IMG/VR virus record: IMGVR_UViG_3300025889_000351
Coordinates: 1 to 37,776 of that record
DNA from: a virus
Taxonomy: Duplodnaviria > Caudoviricetes
Length of the DNA: 37,776 nucleotides
Reading direction: 5' to 3' (one strand)
The notes beneath the pieces were generated by a model. That model was not told where the DNA came from. It worked only from the letters and a program-made list of their open reading frames with translations, and did no database searches. Below, piece after piece: positions 14,901-24,020 of the stretch (position 1 is the stretch's first letter; each line of letters opens with the position of its first letter). The position numbers and the translations under genes are program-made.

Positions 14901-17900
14901 GCATGCGCTGGTCGGTCATGCCCTCGATCACGCTGTTCATCGGCTCCGCGGCCAGGATCTCGCGCACGAGCTGATCGCCGGAGGTGTAGCCGAACATATC
15001 GGCGACGATGTCGGGATGCAGACCCTCCTTCGCCGTCATCCCGCGCAGACGGGTCAGATCGGGACGCCCGAGCATGGTCTCGGGATACATCTCGGCCAGG
15101 GCGGCGGTGCTCAACCGGAACCCCTTGTCGGCCTTGACGTCTTCGCCCTGCTCCGTGGTTATCTCGCCACGGCGCAGCCATCGCATCGCCCGGTAGAGCG
15201 GCTGCTGTTCGACCTCGGCCTGCACCTCTGCGCGGATGCCCTTGCGCAGATCGCGCGCCTCCCGCTGCAACTGGGCGATCTTCTTGTTGCGCGCGTTGAT
15301 CGTCCACTTGAGATCGCGCAGGGAGCGGGCCTGCAGCTTCTCGATCGCCTCGTTCGTCGCCTCGAAGTCAGGCAGCAATCCGGCAGTGCGCTCGGCCTCG
15401 GCGATCTGCTCGTCCGTCGCCACCAGGCGATCGAACACTTGGCGGATCTCGGGCGAGATCTGCAGGTTGCGGCTGGACATGAACTGGGTCAGCGACTTGT
15501 AGACGTTGACCATCCAGGAGCGGAACCGGCGGAACAGCGGCTGCAGCTCCTGGCTCGGCGCCTTGCCCTCGAACAGATACGCCTCGAAGCTCTCCGCCCA
15601 CCGCTCGTGGTAGGGGCGCTTCTCGTCCAGCGTCATGTTGTTCCAGGTCGCCAGGTCGGGGATGCCGAACCACTTCAGCGTGGTGACCATGTCCTGCTGG
15701 ATCTGCGCCGGCGCGTTCGGCTGGCTGGCGATGTCCGCCATCACCTCGAGGAAGAAGTGTCCGCTCTCGTGCAGGAAGCTCGAGAGGTTCGCCGACTCAC
15801 CCAGGGTGATCAGCAGGTTCTGCGGGTCGAAGGTGGCGTTGGGGGACAGGGCGGTGGCTGGCTGCCGCAGCACACTGGGGTCCATCAAGGTCTGTGGCCC
15901 CGGAGCGGGAGGAGCGATCCCAAAGGCGTCAGGGTGCAGCGCCACATAAGACGTGCCTCCCATTTCCTCGTCTGCGACCGAGATATAGTCTACTCCCCGA
16001 CCCCGGAGAGCGTTTCTAAACTTCTCGACGCCCCCGTATTTGTTCACGATCTCGGAATATAATTTATCGAGGGACGAGTAGTGTCTCGCCTTCCCGCGCA
16101 AGATCGCGGGAAGTGCGTGTAATGTCACCAAGCGCTCCGACAAGTCTTGACTGTTAGCCCACGGGCCAATCGCCGCCAGCACCGCCCCGAACGAGCGGGG
16201 GTCGTCGGCGTCCGTGATGTTCCTCCGCGTCTCTTGACCGAGCCTCCCCCAATCGTAGGCGTCGAACACCTCGTTTGTTGCGTGGAATGCCCGAACCTCC
16301 TCTGCCTGGGTGTCATACGTCGACGACTGCCTCAGAACATTCGGATCGTTCGGGTCGAACGTGCCGACGTTGCCGATGGCGGATTTGATTTGCTCGGGGT
16401 GGAATGCGACGAACTCCCCAGGGCCATCCTCAAATGAAGCGATGACACCATCATATCCGCGTTCAATGAGAACGTCCCTAATAGCTCGGGAGATATCAGG
16501 TTCTAAGGAAAAGTCAGGTTCCGCGTTTGGGTCAAAAGAAAATCCCGTGCGCCTGATTACTTCGTCGTGGATCTCCGCCGGCAGCGGCGTGCCGTTCATC
16601 ACAAGTCCACGGGCGCCCTGCCCTTTTGGCCCCCACATAAACGGATTCTTGAGAGATAAATAAACAGGGACCACATTTGGGGAACCCAAACTGTTGCGGC
16701 CAAGGTTCGTGTAGGCAGACCCAATATCCGGTCGGTTTGAGAAATAAAACCCTTGCCCGATCCATCCGCTATCCGTCGTCTTACCGCTCATGTTCAGATC
16801 GAACACATTAAAGTCCGCGCCCGTCCCATGATAAACAACCAACGGCTTACCCTCGGCATCCACCACCTTGCTGTCGCCGAACCAGTTCTTGAACGCCGGC
16901 GTCTGGGTCTGGTCGCCGCCTGCATTCAGCACATTCCGCCCACCCACGATATTCGCTCCGACCCGGAGCGGATAGCGGGTGTAAAGTTCCTCCGGGGTCA
17001 CGCCCATGCGGTTGGCGGTGACGCTATACCAGGACGACACCAGCCGGGCGTAGGCGTCGTTCACGTCCGTGGTGAACCGCTTCGCCGTGTTCAACTGGTC
17101 AAGGATGTTGGTCTTGACCGTCTCCACGCTCGCAGCCCACGCCGTCTGGTCCTGCGCCTCGGCCAGCACGCGCTCGGCTTCTTGTTGGAGCATCTCGTCG
17201 CTGAGAGACCTGGCCGCCACCGTCTCCGACTGGTTGAGCGCGTCCGGCGCCGATCGGCCCAGCTCGACCACCGCCTGCTCCAGCGGTGTGCCCGGCGCGA
17301 TCGTCAGCACGTCCGCCATCGGGATCGCCACCGGCATCTCGGCTGACGGCGCCTCGTCCAGCGCCTGGCGCGTCGACTCCGGCAGGGCGGCGACGATCTC
17401 CACCGGCATCTGGTTCAGCACGCCGGCGTCCAGGTAGACGGTCTCGTCGGTGATGCCGCCCATGATGTCGCGGAACGCCTCCGGCGCCTTCAGTCTGACC
17501 TCAGTCTGACCGGCAGCCTGCAACGCGCCCGCATACCGCTGGGCGTCCTGGATGCTTTGTTCTTGCGCACCGAACTGCTGCGCCCGCCGCTGGGCGGCGA
17601 TGAAGTCGACGCTACCGATCCCAGCGCCCAAGGTGATCGTCGTGCCGATGAACGCATCACGCGCCTGGGTCAGCGCGTCCAGGGTGTCCTTGCTGAGATC
17701 GTCGGGGAAGAACGTCTGGCCAGACAGGGATTGCGCGATCTCCCGACCGCCGACACCGGCCCACGCCTGGACGAACTCCTCGAAGCCCTCGGTGGCCCCG
17801 ACGGTCAGCATCTTGCGCGACGCGGAGATCAGCGCCTCGCGGGTGGCCGGCGACGCCAGCGCCAGCTTGACTTGGGACATCACCGCCTTCTTGGCAGCGT

Positions 17901-18837
17901 CCCTGCCGACAACCTTGCCGAGACCTGGTGCAAGGCGCGCCAACACCACGTCACTGAGAAGCTCGATCGAGCCGTTGACGATACCCACCGCCGTGGATAC
18001 CTGCCGGGCGATCTCTTTCGGGATCGTCTGGCCGGCGGCGTCTTTCATCTGGGTCAGTTCGTCGTAAGCGAACGCCGCCTCGAGGTTGTAGGCGTAATTG
18101 AAGGAGCCTGTTAGGAACCCAGCGCCGGCACCGATGAAGCCGCCGGGAACCGCGCCCACGCCTCCGGCCAACGCGCCCATGCCGGCGCCAACCGCCAAGC
18201 CCGCGGCGGCACCCTGCGCACCGGCGCCTGTGCTATCAATGAACTGTCGAACGGAATACGAGCCAACCCTGGCGAGATAGCCGGCGGTGCTCTCGTTGTC
18301 CTGCATCTTGCCGAACTGCTGCATCTGATCGCGTATTTCTTTCAGACGCTGTTCCTGCTGCTCGGTCCTGGCGCCACCGGATCTGTCGATGTTGATCAGG
18401 TGCGCCATCTCAGCTTGTAGGGACGCTTGCCGCCAGCCGGTGCTCAAGCCAGACGTGAAGCCACTGGTCTGACCCTCGATCGTCACCAGCGGGCCGACGT
18501 CCTTGTGAACCATCTGCGCGTAGGCTGGGTTGTCGCGCAGCATGATGGACAGGTTGGGCGCCTGATACAGATCCCGCTCGATCGCCGCAGCCCTGTTCTC
18601 GGCCTCGACATCGAACAAGTTGCGCAGCACCAGGTCAGTGGACAACCCCGTCTGCTGCGACAGATTGACCGCACGCGCGGCCTCATCCGGGTTGGTCTTG
18701 ACACCGTTTCTGATCGACGCGCGCAGACGAGCCTGATCGAAGTCGACCACGTCGCCGACCGCCGCGTCGAACGGGTTGGTGGATGCGGCCTGTTCCGGGG
18801 CGACTACTTGTCCGACAGCCTCGTCGAATGGGTTCAT
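11977..18837 (-). CDS. Giant (2286 aa) internal virion/DNA-ejection polyvalent protein with ART-like modules and a HExxH metallopeptidase motif
   Basis: Position after tail tubular and ejection genes; mostly helical; FKNWFGDSKVVD...VYHGT...GFYFS...GYDGVI...EFVAFHPEQIKS; FLHESGHFFLE. Confidence 0.8.
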   Translation of the reverse strand: MNPFDEAVGQVVAPEQAASTNPFDAAVGDVVDFDQARLRASIRNGVKTNPDEAARAVNLSQQTGLSTDLVLRNLFDVEAENRAAAIERDLYQAPNLSIMLRDNPAYAQMVHKDVGPLVTIEGQTSGFTSGLSTGWRQASLQAEMAHLINIDRSGGARTEQQEQRLKEIRDQMQQFGKMQDNESTAGYLARVGSYSVRQFIDSTGAGAQGAAAGLAVGAGMGALAGGVGAVPGGFIGAGAGFLTGSFNYAYNLEAAFAYDELTQMKDAAGQTIPKEIARQVSTAVGIVNGSIELLSDVVLARLAPGLGKVVGRDAAKKAVMSQVKLALASPATREALISASRKMLTVGATEGFEEFVQAWAGVGGREIAQSLSGQTFFPDDLSKDTLDALTQARDAFIGTTITLGAGIGSVDFIAAQRRAQQFGAQEQSIQDAQRYAGALQAAGQTEVRLKAPEAFRDIMGGITDETVYLDAGVLNQMPVEIVAALPESTRQALDEAPSAEMPVAIPMADVLTIAPGTPLEQAVVELGRSAPDALNQSETVAARSLSDEMLQQEAERVLAEAQDQTAWAASVETVKTNILDQLNTAKRFTTDVNDAYARLVSSWYSVTANRMGVTPEELYTRYPLRVGANIVGGRNVLNAGGDQTQTPAFKNWFGDSKVVDAEGKPLVVYHGTGADFNVFDLNMSGKTTDSGWIGQGFYFSNRPDIGSAYTNLGRNSLGSPNVVPVYLSLKNPFMWGPKGQGARGLVMNGTPLPAEIHDEVIRRTGFSFDPNAEPDFSLEPDISRAIRDVLIERGYDGVIASFEDGPGEFVAFHPEQIKSAIGNVGTFDPNDPNVLRQSSTYDTQAEEVRAFHATNEVFDAYDWGRLGQETRRNITDADDPRSFGAVLAAIGPWANSQDLSERLVTLHALPAILRGKARHYSSLDKLYSEIVNKYGGVEKFRNALRGRGVDYISVADEEMGGTSYVALHPDAFGIAPPAPGPQTLMDPSVLRQPATALSPNATFDPQNLLITLGESANLSSFLHESGHFFLEVMADIASQPNAPAQIQQDMVTTLKWFGIPDLATWNNMTLDEKRPYHERWAESFEAYLFEGKAPSQELQPLFRRFRSWMVNVYKSLTQFMSSRNLQISPEIRQVFDRLVATDEQIAEAERTAGLLPDFEATNEAIEKLQARSLRDLKWTINARNKKIAQLQREARDLRKGIRAEVQAEVEQQPLYRAMRWLRRGEITTEQGEDVKADKGFRLSTAALAEMYPETMLGRPDLTRLRGMTAKEGLHPDIVADMFGYTSGDQLVREILAAEPMNSVIEGMTDQRMLERHGDLSSPEAIEQAASEAIHNEARAKSLATELKAQQEMMAGRTDTGRVSSSGRAITVNTIMAAAKQFAENLVARRRITDLKKAAQLHRAAEAKAAKTWQKETAAGNTEAAVQAKRDQVLNHYAVKALVEAQAEIKKQLEFYSRVARGNDERVVKGGRNPDVVNAMRAIMAAHGISPRLEKTATAYMDVVQREDPAVYAALKPTVDNAVANAMPFNEMTMEEARGLFDDLRSMWDLAKTSREVEIDGKMIDIREAAQPLMERMDEIGIPDTIPGEAGAITRREELRIKLQFAKAILRRVEQWAEGMDGKYGGPFLRYVFQPIKDAADRYRSARTEYRRRFTDLVKAVGPFVPRGEINAQAELGYTFGNARDSGTAELLHAILHTGNESNKRKLLLGRGWATELEDGSVDTSRWDAFIDRMHAEGKLTKAHWDFAQGVWDLLEEMKPLAQKTHRKVFGRYFAEITADPVATPFGTYRGGYVPAQTDTRIVKDARMRELAEGENDAMAYAFPSAPSGFTKSRVEYNKPLLLDLRALAQHMDKVLMFSHMQGAVNDVRRILTQRDVSYALDRVAPGAYEGMLIPWLNRAAKQQVETPTSGNRNLTRILSEARSRAGMALMFANLSNTAQQITGFASAAVKVRPTLMLQATAEFTTSPRQMKETVATMSPFMKDRMLNEVAAMNDAVENILVDPSMLERSQAWTRQHAYFMQSAVDNTMSPIIWTAAYNQAIEQGMNQTDAVRFADGVIRQTQGSTLPEDISQMEGGRALSRSLTQFTSWFNMLANTNATAALQIIQAVGLRKGAGKLLYVAFMGLFVQIWVAEAIALAFRGGPDDEDKDGEYLDDWLMAVFGFGTIRGMTGMVPFAGQLINASIARFNNNPADDRMSLSPAVSLAEAAVGVPYDVYQAIRGEAKAQNVVRDVAAAATLITGLPFYAAARPLGYAAGMAQGKIEPTSPVDMARGLATGSSSKESRQR

Positions 18838-20420
18838 CAGCGAATACCCTTTGCCCGCTTGTATGCGTCGACGATCTGTTCTTCTGTGGGCTTAGTGACG
18901 CCACGACGCGCAAAGGACTGAACAATCAGAGCACGGTCTTGCGCAGATATTTCGGGGACAAACGGCTTACCAGTGCGAACGGATTCTTGGTATGTCGCAG
19001 CCGTCTCTGATTCACCAAACCAGTTCAGTGGGTTCAAGTTGCTGCCTGTCTTCCCTTTCAACAAAAGCGAGTCCAGCAACTGGTCCTCGTCTTTGGAAGA
19101 CAACGCCTTTTTCCCGCCGCCGGTTCGGTTCTCGTATTCCATGATTGCAGCAGCCGTAAACGCACCCGCGTTTTTGTCTTTCAGTCCGTTTGTCTGAACC
19201 CACGCTTTTATCTTGTCCTTGAACGACAAACGATCTGCAGCGGGAGGGCTGCGCATTTTCTTCTGTTCTTCGATCAACGCATGGAAGTCGGAGCTTGAAA
19301 GTTTGTCTTGGTATTGAAGGAGTTGCTCGTTCTTGAACCTTTCGGGATCGTCCAGGCTCATTGCCCAGAGAGTATTCTTCACTGTGTCGTTGCTTTTGGT
19401 TGGCCTTGGCTCCAACCTCTTGGCCACATACTCCTCGAGGGCCGGAACCTTAAGCGGGTCCATCTGTTGTTTAAGAGCTTCCGGGATAGGTAAACCACGC
19501 TCGGCGCGGCTCCACGCTTCTGCGCCGGCACGATCATACTGATCCTTTTGCCCAAGCTCACGCAGATCGCGGTTTTCCTTGATCAGCGCCAGAACCTTCT
19601 TTTTCCGCTTTGGGTCGTTGATCTCTTGTGCGGCAGATATCTGTTCGCTGAGAGATTTATCTCCAAGCCCGTTCACAAAGTTCTGCGCCCACTGGTTCTC
19701 CCCCTCCCCCGCCAGTCCCTTCTCGATCGTCGCCCGGTGGTTGGCCAGGATCTCGTCCTTGTTCTGCCGGTAATACGCGGACGCGGCGCCGGCGTTGGTC
19801 GTGGACAACTTGGTGATGTGAGCCACGTGCAAAGCATCGAGGGTCTTCAGCTTCGCCACGCTGATCTGGTCTTCGTTCAAACCCAGGATGCGCGCACGTT
19901 CGTCGATCGATGCGCGAATGGATTGCGCAGCGGCGTCGACCGCTCCCGTGGTCAGCCCCATCTGGATGTCAGAGAACAGCTTCGCCTCGAACGCCTGGTT
20001 GGCGTGCCTCTCGCGCTCGGCTGCCGAGTAGGTCATCACCGAGTTCATGGCGGACAGCTTCTTGCTGTTCAGATGCGGAGATGCAATCGAGCGCGCCCGC
20101 GCGTTCATGTCGCCGCCGTAAGTCTCCGCCGCCTGCCTCCACCACTGCTCCGCCGCCGGGCCGTATTCCTCCACCCGCTCACCGCGGTAATGCTGCCGCG
20201 CCTGCGCGTCCCACTTCAGCCATTCCTGGGTGATCTGCGTCTCGACCTCGTTGGCCTTGGTCTGCGCGTTGAAATAGTCGATCCGGTTCGCGGCATCGCC
20301 CACCGCCATCAGCCCTTGACCGATCGCGTTCAGCCCGCTGCTGACGTCCGGCGTCCGTTGATACGGGCCAGGGAGCGGTTCAGATCGGACCTGTGGCTGA
20401 TAAAGCGGAACTGTCGGCAT
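18837..20420 (-). CDS. Internal virion/ejection protein
   Basis: MPTVPLY start, A/Q/E-rich helical protein, syntenic with T7 gp15-type position. Confidence 0.7.
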   Translation of the reverse strand: MPTVPLYQPQVRSEPLPGPYQRTPDVSSGLNAIGQGLMAVGDAANRIDYFNAQTKANEVETQITQEWLKWDAQARQHYRGERVEEYGPAAEQWWRQAAETYGGDMNARARSIASPHLNSKKLSAMNSVMTYSAAERERHANQAFEAKLFSDIQMGLTTGAVDAAAQSIRASIDERARILGLNEDQISVAKLKTLDALHVAHITKLSTTNAGAASAYYRQNKDEILANHRATIEKGLAGEGENQWAQNFVNGLGDKSLSEQISAAQEINDPKRKKKVLALIKENRDLRELGQKDQYDRAGAEAWSRAERGLPIPEALKQQMDPLKVPALEEYVAKRLEPRPTKSNDTVKNTLWAMSLDDPERFKNEQLLQYQDKLSSSDFHALIEEQKKMRSPPAADRLSFKDKIKAWVQTNGLKDKNAGAFTAAAIMEYENRTGGGKKALSSKDEDQLLDSLLLKGKTGSNLNPLNWFGESETAATYQESVRTGKPFVPEISAQDRALIVQSFARRGVTKPTEEQIVDAYKRAKGIR

Positions 20421-20423
20421 TCA

Positions 20424-21083
20424 TTAGTATCCTTTAGCCGTCTGATAGGCCCAGTTGGCGCCAGGATTGCTGTATTGGTACCACTTGTTGGCCACCTGCC
20501 CGGCGCCGGCGAGCAACGTGCCACCGGCCATCATCCATGGGCTCCGTGACGCTGCCTCGGCTCGGTAGTTCGTCGCCTGTGCGCGCCGTGCCCACGCCTC
20601 ATTCGCAGCGTTGGTGCGCGTGGTCGCGACGTCGGTCTCGGAGAAGAAGTCGGTCTGGTCGAGGATGTCAGCAGCGGAGCCGTAGGTGAGATCCAGACCA
20701 CGGGCACCCATCATGCTGCGCTGCGTGGATTTATACGCGGCGGCCTTCCGCCGGATGTCCATGCTCTGCTGCTCGCCACGCTTGAGCGCGTCCTGCGCCT
20801 GGTATTCGGCAATCTTCGCGTTGTTCTCCGCCACCTGATTGGCGACCTGCGCCTGGTTATAGGCGGAGATGGCTTGCAGGCCAGTGCCGGCAAGAGACGC
20901 GATCTGGCCGATGGTGCCCCATGAGAGGCCGGTGGCAGCAGCGGGAGCTGCCGCAGCCAGTGTTCCGAACTCAAGCCCCGCCGTCGCAGCCGCTGCCGCC
21001 GTAGAAGCTGCGACCGTCCCAGTCGCCGCCGCCGTAGTTCCAAATATCGACGGAAGGGCCGCCGCCAACATCGCAAAGCACAT
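20424..21083 (-). CDS. Internal virion/ejection protein (T7 gp14-like position)
   Basis: MC start, Ala/Gly-rich hydrophobic N-terminus, QAQDALKRGE...GARGLDL...GSAADIL. Confidence 0.72.
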   Translation of the reverse strand: MCFAMLAAALPSIFGTTAAATGTVAASTAAAAATAGLEFGTLAAAAPAAATGLSWGTIGQIASLAGTGLQAISAYNQAQVANQVAENNAKIAEYQAQDALKRGEQQSMDIRRKAAAYKSTQRSMMGARGLDLTYGSAADILDQTDFFSETDVATTRTNAANEAWARRAQATNYRAEAASRSPWMMAGGTLLAGAGQVANKWYQYSNPGANWAYQTAKGY

Positions 21084-21085
21084 TG

Positions 21086-21547
21086 TCAGACCCTCATATC
21101 AAATCTGTGAAACGGCTCGCGCAACGCGCCGAACGGCATCGGCGGGCTCAACTCAAACCCGACCCGGCGCAGCCACCGCTTGCTGGTGGTGTTCGCCACA
21201 TGCACGAAATTCGTCAGATGCGGGAACACCTCCAGCATCCGGTCGAGATACTCCGGCGTGCGCTTGACCATTTGCCGGGCGTATTTCTCCAGCACAGGCG
21301 TTCCCATCATCCAGGGTGCCCCAACCCCTCCCATGACGGAGACCGGCCCACAGCCTAAAATGGCGGCGATATGGCCATCAGCAAACGCCGTCCAGCACAT
21401 CACCGAACTCCGCACGCTGCGATGCAGGGGGTAGAGCGGCTCCGCATACCCGTAAGCCCGGACCTCAAGCATGTCCTGCTCGCGCAGGTTCTGCGCCAGT
21501 AGCACCTCGTCCCCCGGCTCAGTGTCGCGGATCAGGACATCAACCAC
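21086..21547 (-). CDS. T7 gp13-like (GNAT-fold) virion assembly protein
   Basis: NLREQDMLEV, PWMMGT, NFVHVANTTSKRWLRRVGF; follows tail tubular B. Confidence 0.75.
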   Translation of the reverse strand: MVDVLIRDTEPGDEVLLAQNLREQDMLEVRAYGYAEPLYPLHRSVRSSVMCWTAFADGHIAAILGCGPVSVMGGVGAPWMMGTPVLEKYARQMVKRTPEYLDRMLEVFPHLTNFVHVANTTSKRWLRRVGFELSPPMPFGALREPFHRFDMRV

Positions 21548-24020
21548 CGCCCTGCACCTCCAGGGTCATGGACAACACCGACATCGGCAGCGGCTTGTCC
21601 TGGCGCACACAGATCGCCGCGTCCTGGTTCCAGCTCGGCTGCACGCTCACCACCACCTCGCCCGTGATCAGGCCAGGCGGGTTGTCATAGTCGTCGGTGA
21701 CGTCCCGCGCCGGGTATTCGCGCAGCGTGGTGAAGCTCGGCCCCACCTGGATCACGCCAGTTTGCGACACGCGCAGATGCACCTTGTTGACGTTCTTCAC
21801 CGTCCCCTGCCCGGTCGCCGGAGCGCCCTCCATCGCCAACGGCAGGGTCTTGATGTCGGATGTATACGCCAGGCCAACCTGCACGACCGACGCCTCCTCC
21901 TCCAAGGTGATCGACCCGTCGGTGACCGTCACGTTGGGATGCACGGCGCCATCGGCCAGGACCGCTACCTCCTCGCCCTCGATGTGCCAGAGTCCGGTGA
22001 TCGTCGTGGTCGCCGTGCTGTCATAGGTCAGCCCGCTGTCGACGTAGAACCCGTCCTCCTGGTCGGTGAAGATGCGGGAGTGCAGCCGCTCGATGTAGCG
22101 CACGTCGCGCCCGTCGATCGTCCGCTTGATCACGGCGTAGACCGCGTCGTCGTTACCCTCGGCCACCACCGCCACACTCTCGAATGTGCCGTCGGTGTCG
22201 TGGAAGTGCCACCCATAGACCTGCTGGTCCGGCACATACGTCATGGCCGCCAGGGTGCCGTCTGACCGCACTGCCCATAGGATCTGGTCCGGCGCGCGGG
22301 AATAGGCGATCTGGTTGATCGTGTAGCCGTTGAACCGATGCGGCGCCATGATCGAGACGTCGATCGTGGAGTAGTTGCTGCTCTCCCACTTGTAGGCGAG
22401 CTCGCGCACGCGGGAGCCCTGGGCCTGGACATATAACGCCGAGCCGCTGGTGACGACCGGCTGCACGTTGCTGGCGCCAGTGTAGCCCTGCGGCTTGATG
22501 CTGATGCTGCTCGGCGTGACCGCGGCGCCGCCCTCGTTGAAGATGCGGAACTCCCCGCCCGCGGTGAACGCGATCAGGTCGGACAGCGAAACCAGGTGGC
22601 GGATCTGGTTATACTGACCGGCGCTCATCTTGATTTCCATCGCGTCGTCGTCCCGGCTGTAGAGCGACGTCGTCAGGTTGGCCTCGGTTCCGGTGCGGGT
22701 GGCGAACAGCACCTGCGGCTTGTTGTTTGTGCCACCGAACCACCGACGCTGTTCGTGATAGGTCGACGTCGACGGGTAGTCGTCAGTGCCGGCGTTCAGC
22801 GTGACGATATCCTCGGGCGGCGTCTGGGTCGTGTCCTCCTGGATGTTGTCGTCCTTGATCACCAGCTCCGGCACAGAGGCCGTGCCGGTCGCCGCGCTGG
22901 TGGTGGCGTCGGTCACTGACAGATAGGTGAACGTCGTGGTCCCCGTTACCGTGATGATCCAGGCGCCGTTCAGCGTCGCCTCGCCAGTGTCCTCAATGAT
23001 GATCAGCGAGTTGTTGGCAAATCCGTGCGAGGAGGTCGTCGTCACCGTGACGGTCTTGTTCCCGGCGCCCGGTCGGTCGATCGTGCTGATGGACTTGCTG
23101 ACCGCACTGGGGCTCGGGCGGGTCTGCCCAATGTACCCATACGTGCCACCGCGGAGCTTGTAGGCGTTGTAACGGATGGCGTCCCCGACCGGCGACCAGG
23201 TCAGGGTGTTGTAATTGCCGGCAAGGCCTAGGTTGTTTTGCACATTGACCGGATCAGACGCCAGCGACTCTGTCACCCCGTCCGCGTCGATCGTCGTGAC
23301 GACGTAGGATTGCTGCACCTTGTCACTGTTGTTCTCGATCGTGGCTTCGACGCTGAGATCCGTCGGGGCGTTGGTCGGGGCGTCGAACGCCAGAGTCGTC
23401 AGCGTCCAGCTCGTGGCGCTCACCCGTGCCAGTTCGCGGGTCGCGTAGCTCGGATGGGTGATAGTCGTGATGTCCGCGGACTGCGCGAAGTGCAGGTCGA
23501 ACAGGTCGTCCTCGGTGTAAGGACTGGTCAGGGTGTAGACCCGCGCCGCCGTGCTGCCCGATGCCGTGGTCGCCACCCCCCAGAGATCCGTCGTGGTGAA
23601 GGTGTTCGCGCCGGTGCTGGTCACCTTGTGGTAGCGCGTGCCGATATAGACCCAATCGCCGGTGCTGTAGCCGTGGCTCGTCACCGTCACCGTGTCGGCG
23701 ACGATCGAGACGATCGCCTTACTCGCCTCGAGCTGCGTGCCGCCGTTCAGGTGGAAGCGGATATACTGGTGTCCAAACTCCAGTATGACGGTCTGCGTCG
23801 CGCTAAACGCAAACGGCATCAGGCGCACGGCGCGGGTGCTATCCTTCGCCTCGAGGATGTATTGGAATCCAGGGCGACGCACCGCCGGCCCGTGCGGCAG
23901 GGTGATGAAGTTCCGTGCCAGCGCCAGGCCGGTCTGATACTTCACCAGGTCGAGGCGCCCGGCCAGCTCCGGCGTGATCTCGCCGCCGGCGAAGCTCTTG
24001 AAAAGGAACTTGACGCTCAT
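21540..24020 (-). CDS. Tail tubular protein B / nozzle (T7 gp12-, P22 gp10-like)
   Basis: SFAGGEITPEL.GR.DL..Y...NF...PHG...RRPG; YPS...YHEQRRWFG; GWHFHDTDG. Confidence 0.88.
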   Translation of the reverse strand: MSVKFLFKSFAGGEITPELAGRLDLVKYQTGLALARNFITLPHGPAVRRPGFQYILEAKDSTRAVRLMPFAFSATQTVILEFGHQYIRFHLNGGTQLEASKAIVSIVADTVTVTSHGYSTGDWVYIGTRYHKVTSTGANTFTTTDLWGVATTASGSTAARVYTLTSPYTEDDLFDLHFAQSADITTITHPSYATRELARVSATSWTLTTLAFDAPTNAPTDLSVEATIENNSDKVQQSYVVTTIDADGVTESLASDPVNVQNNLGLAGNYNTLTWSPVGDAIRYNAYKLRGGTYGYIGQTRPSPSAVSKSISTIDRPGAGNKTVTVTTTSSHGFANNSLIIIEDTGEATLNGAWIITVTGTTTFTYLSVTDATTSAATGTASVPELVIKDDNIQEDTTQTPPEDIVTLNAGTDDYPSTSTYHEQRRWFGGTNNKPQVLFATRTGTEANLTTSLYSRDDDAMEIKMSAGQYNQIRHLVSLSDLIAFTAGGEFRIFNEGGAAVTPSSISIKPQGYTGASNVQPVVTSGSALYVQAQGSRVRELAYKWESSNYSTIDVSIMAPHRFNGYTINQIAYSRAPDQILWAVRSDGTLAAMTYVPDQQVYGWHFHDTDGTFESVAVVAEGNDDAVYAVIKRTIDGRDVRYIERLHSRIFTDQEDGFYVDSGLTYDSTATTTITGLWHIEGEEVAVLADGAVHPNVTVTDGSITLEEEASVVQVGLAYTSDIKTLPLAMEGAPATGQGTVKNVNKVHLRVSQTGVIQVGPSFTTLREYPARDVTDDYDNPPGLITGEVVVSVQPSWNQDAAICVRQDKPLPMSVLSMTLEVQGGG

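Noticed and set aside
12790-16062. 1090-aa + strand ORF
   Set aside because: Lies wholly antisense to the ejection protein; a shadow frame expected from high-GC codon bias, with no recognisable motifs
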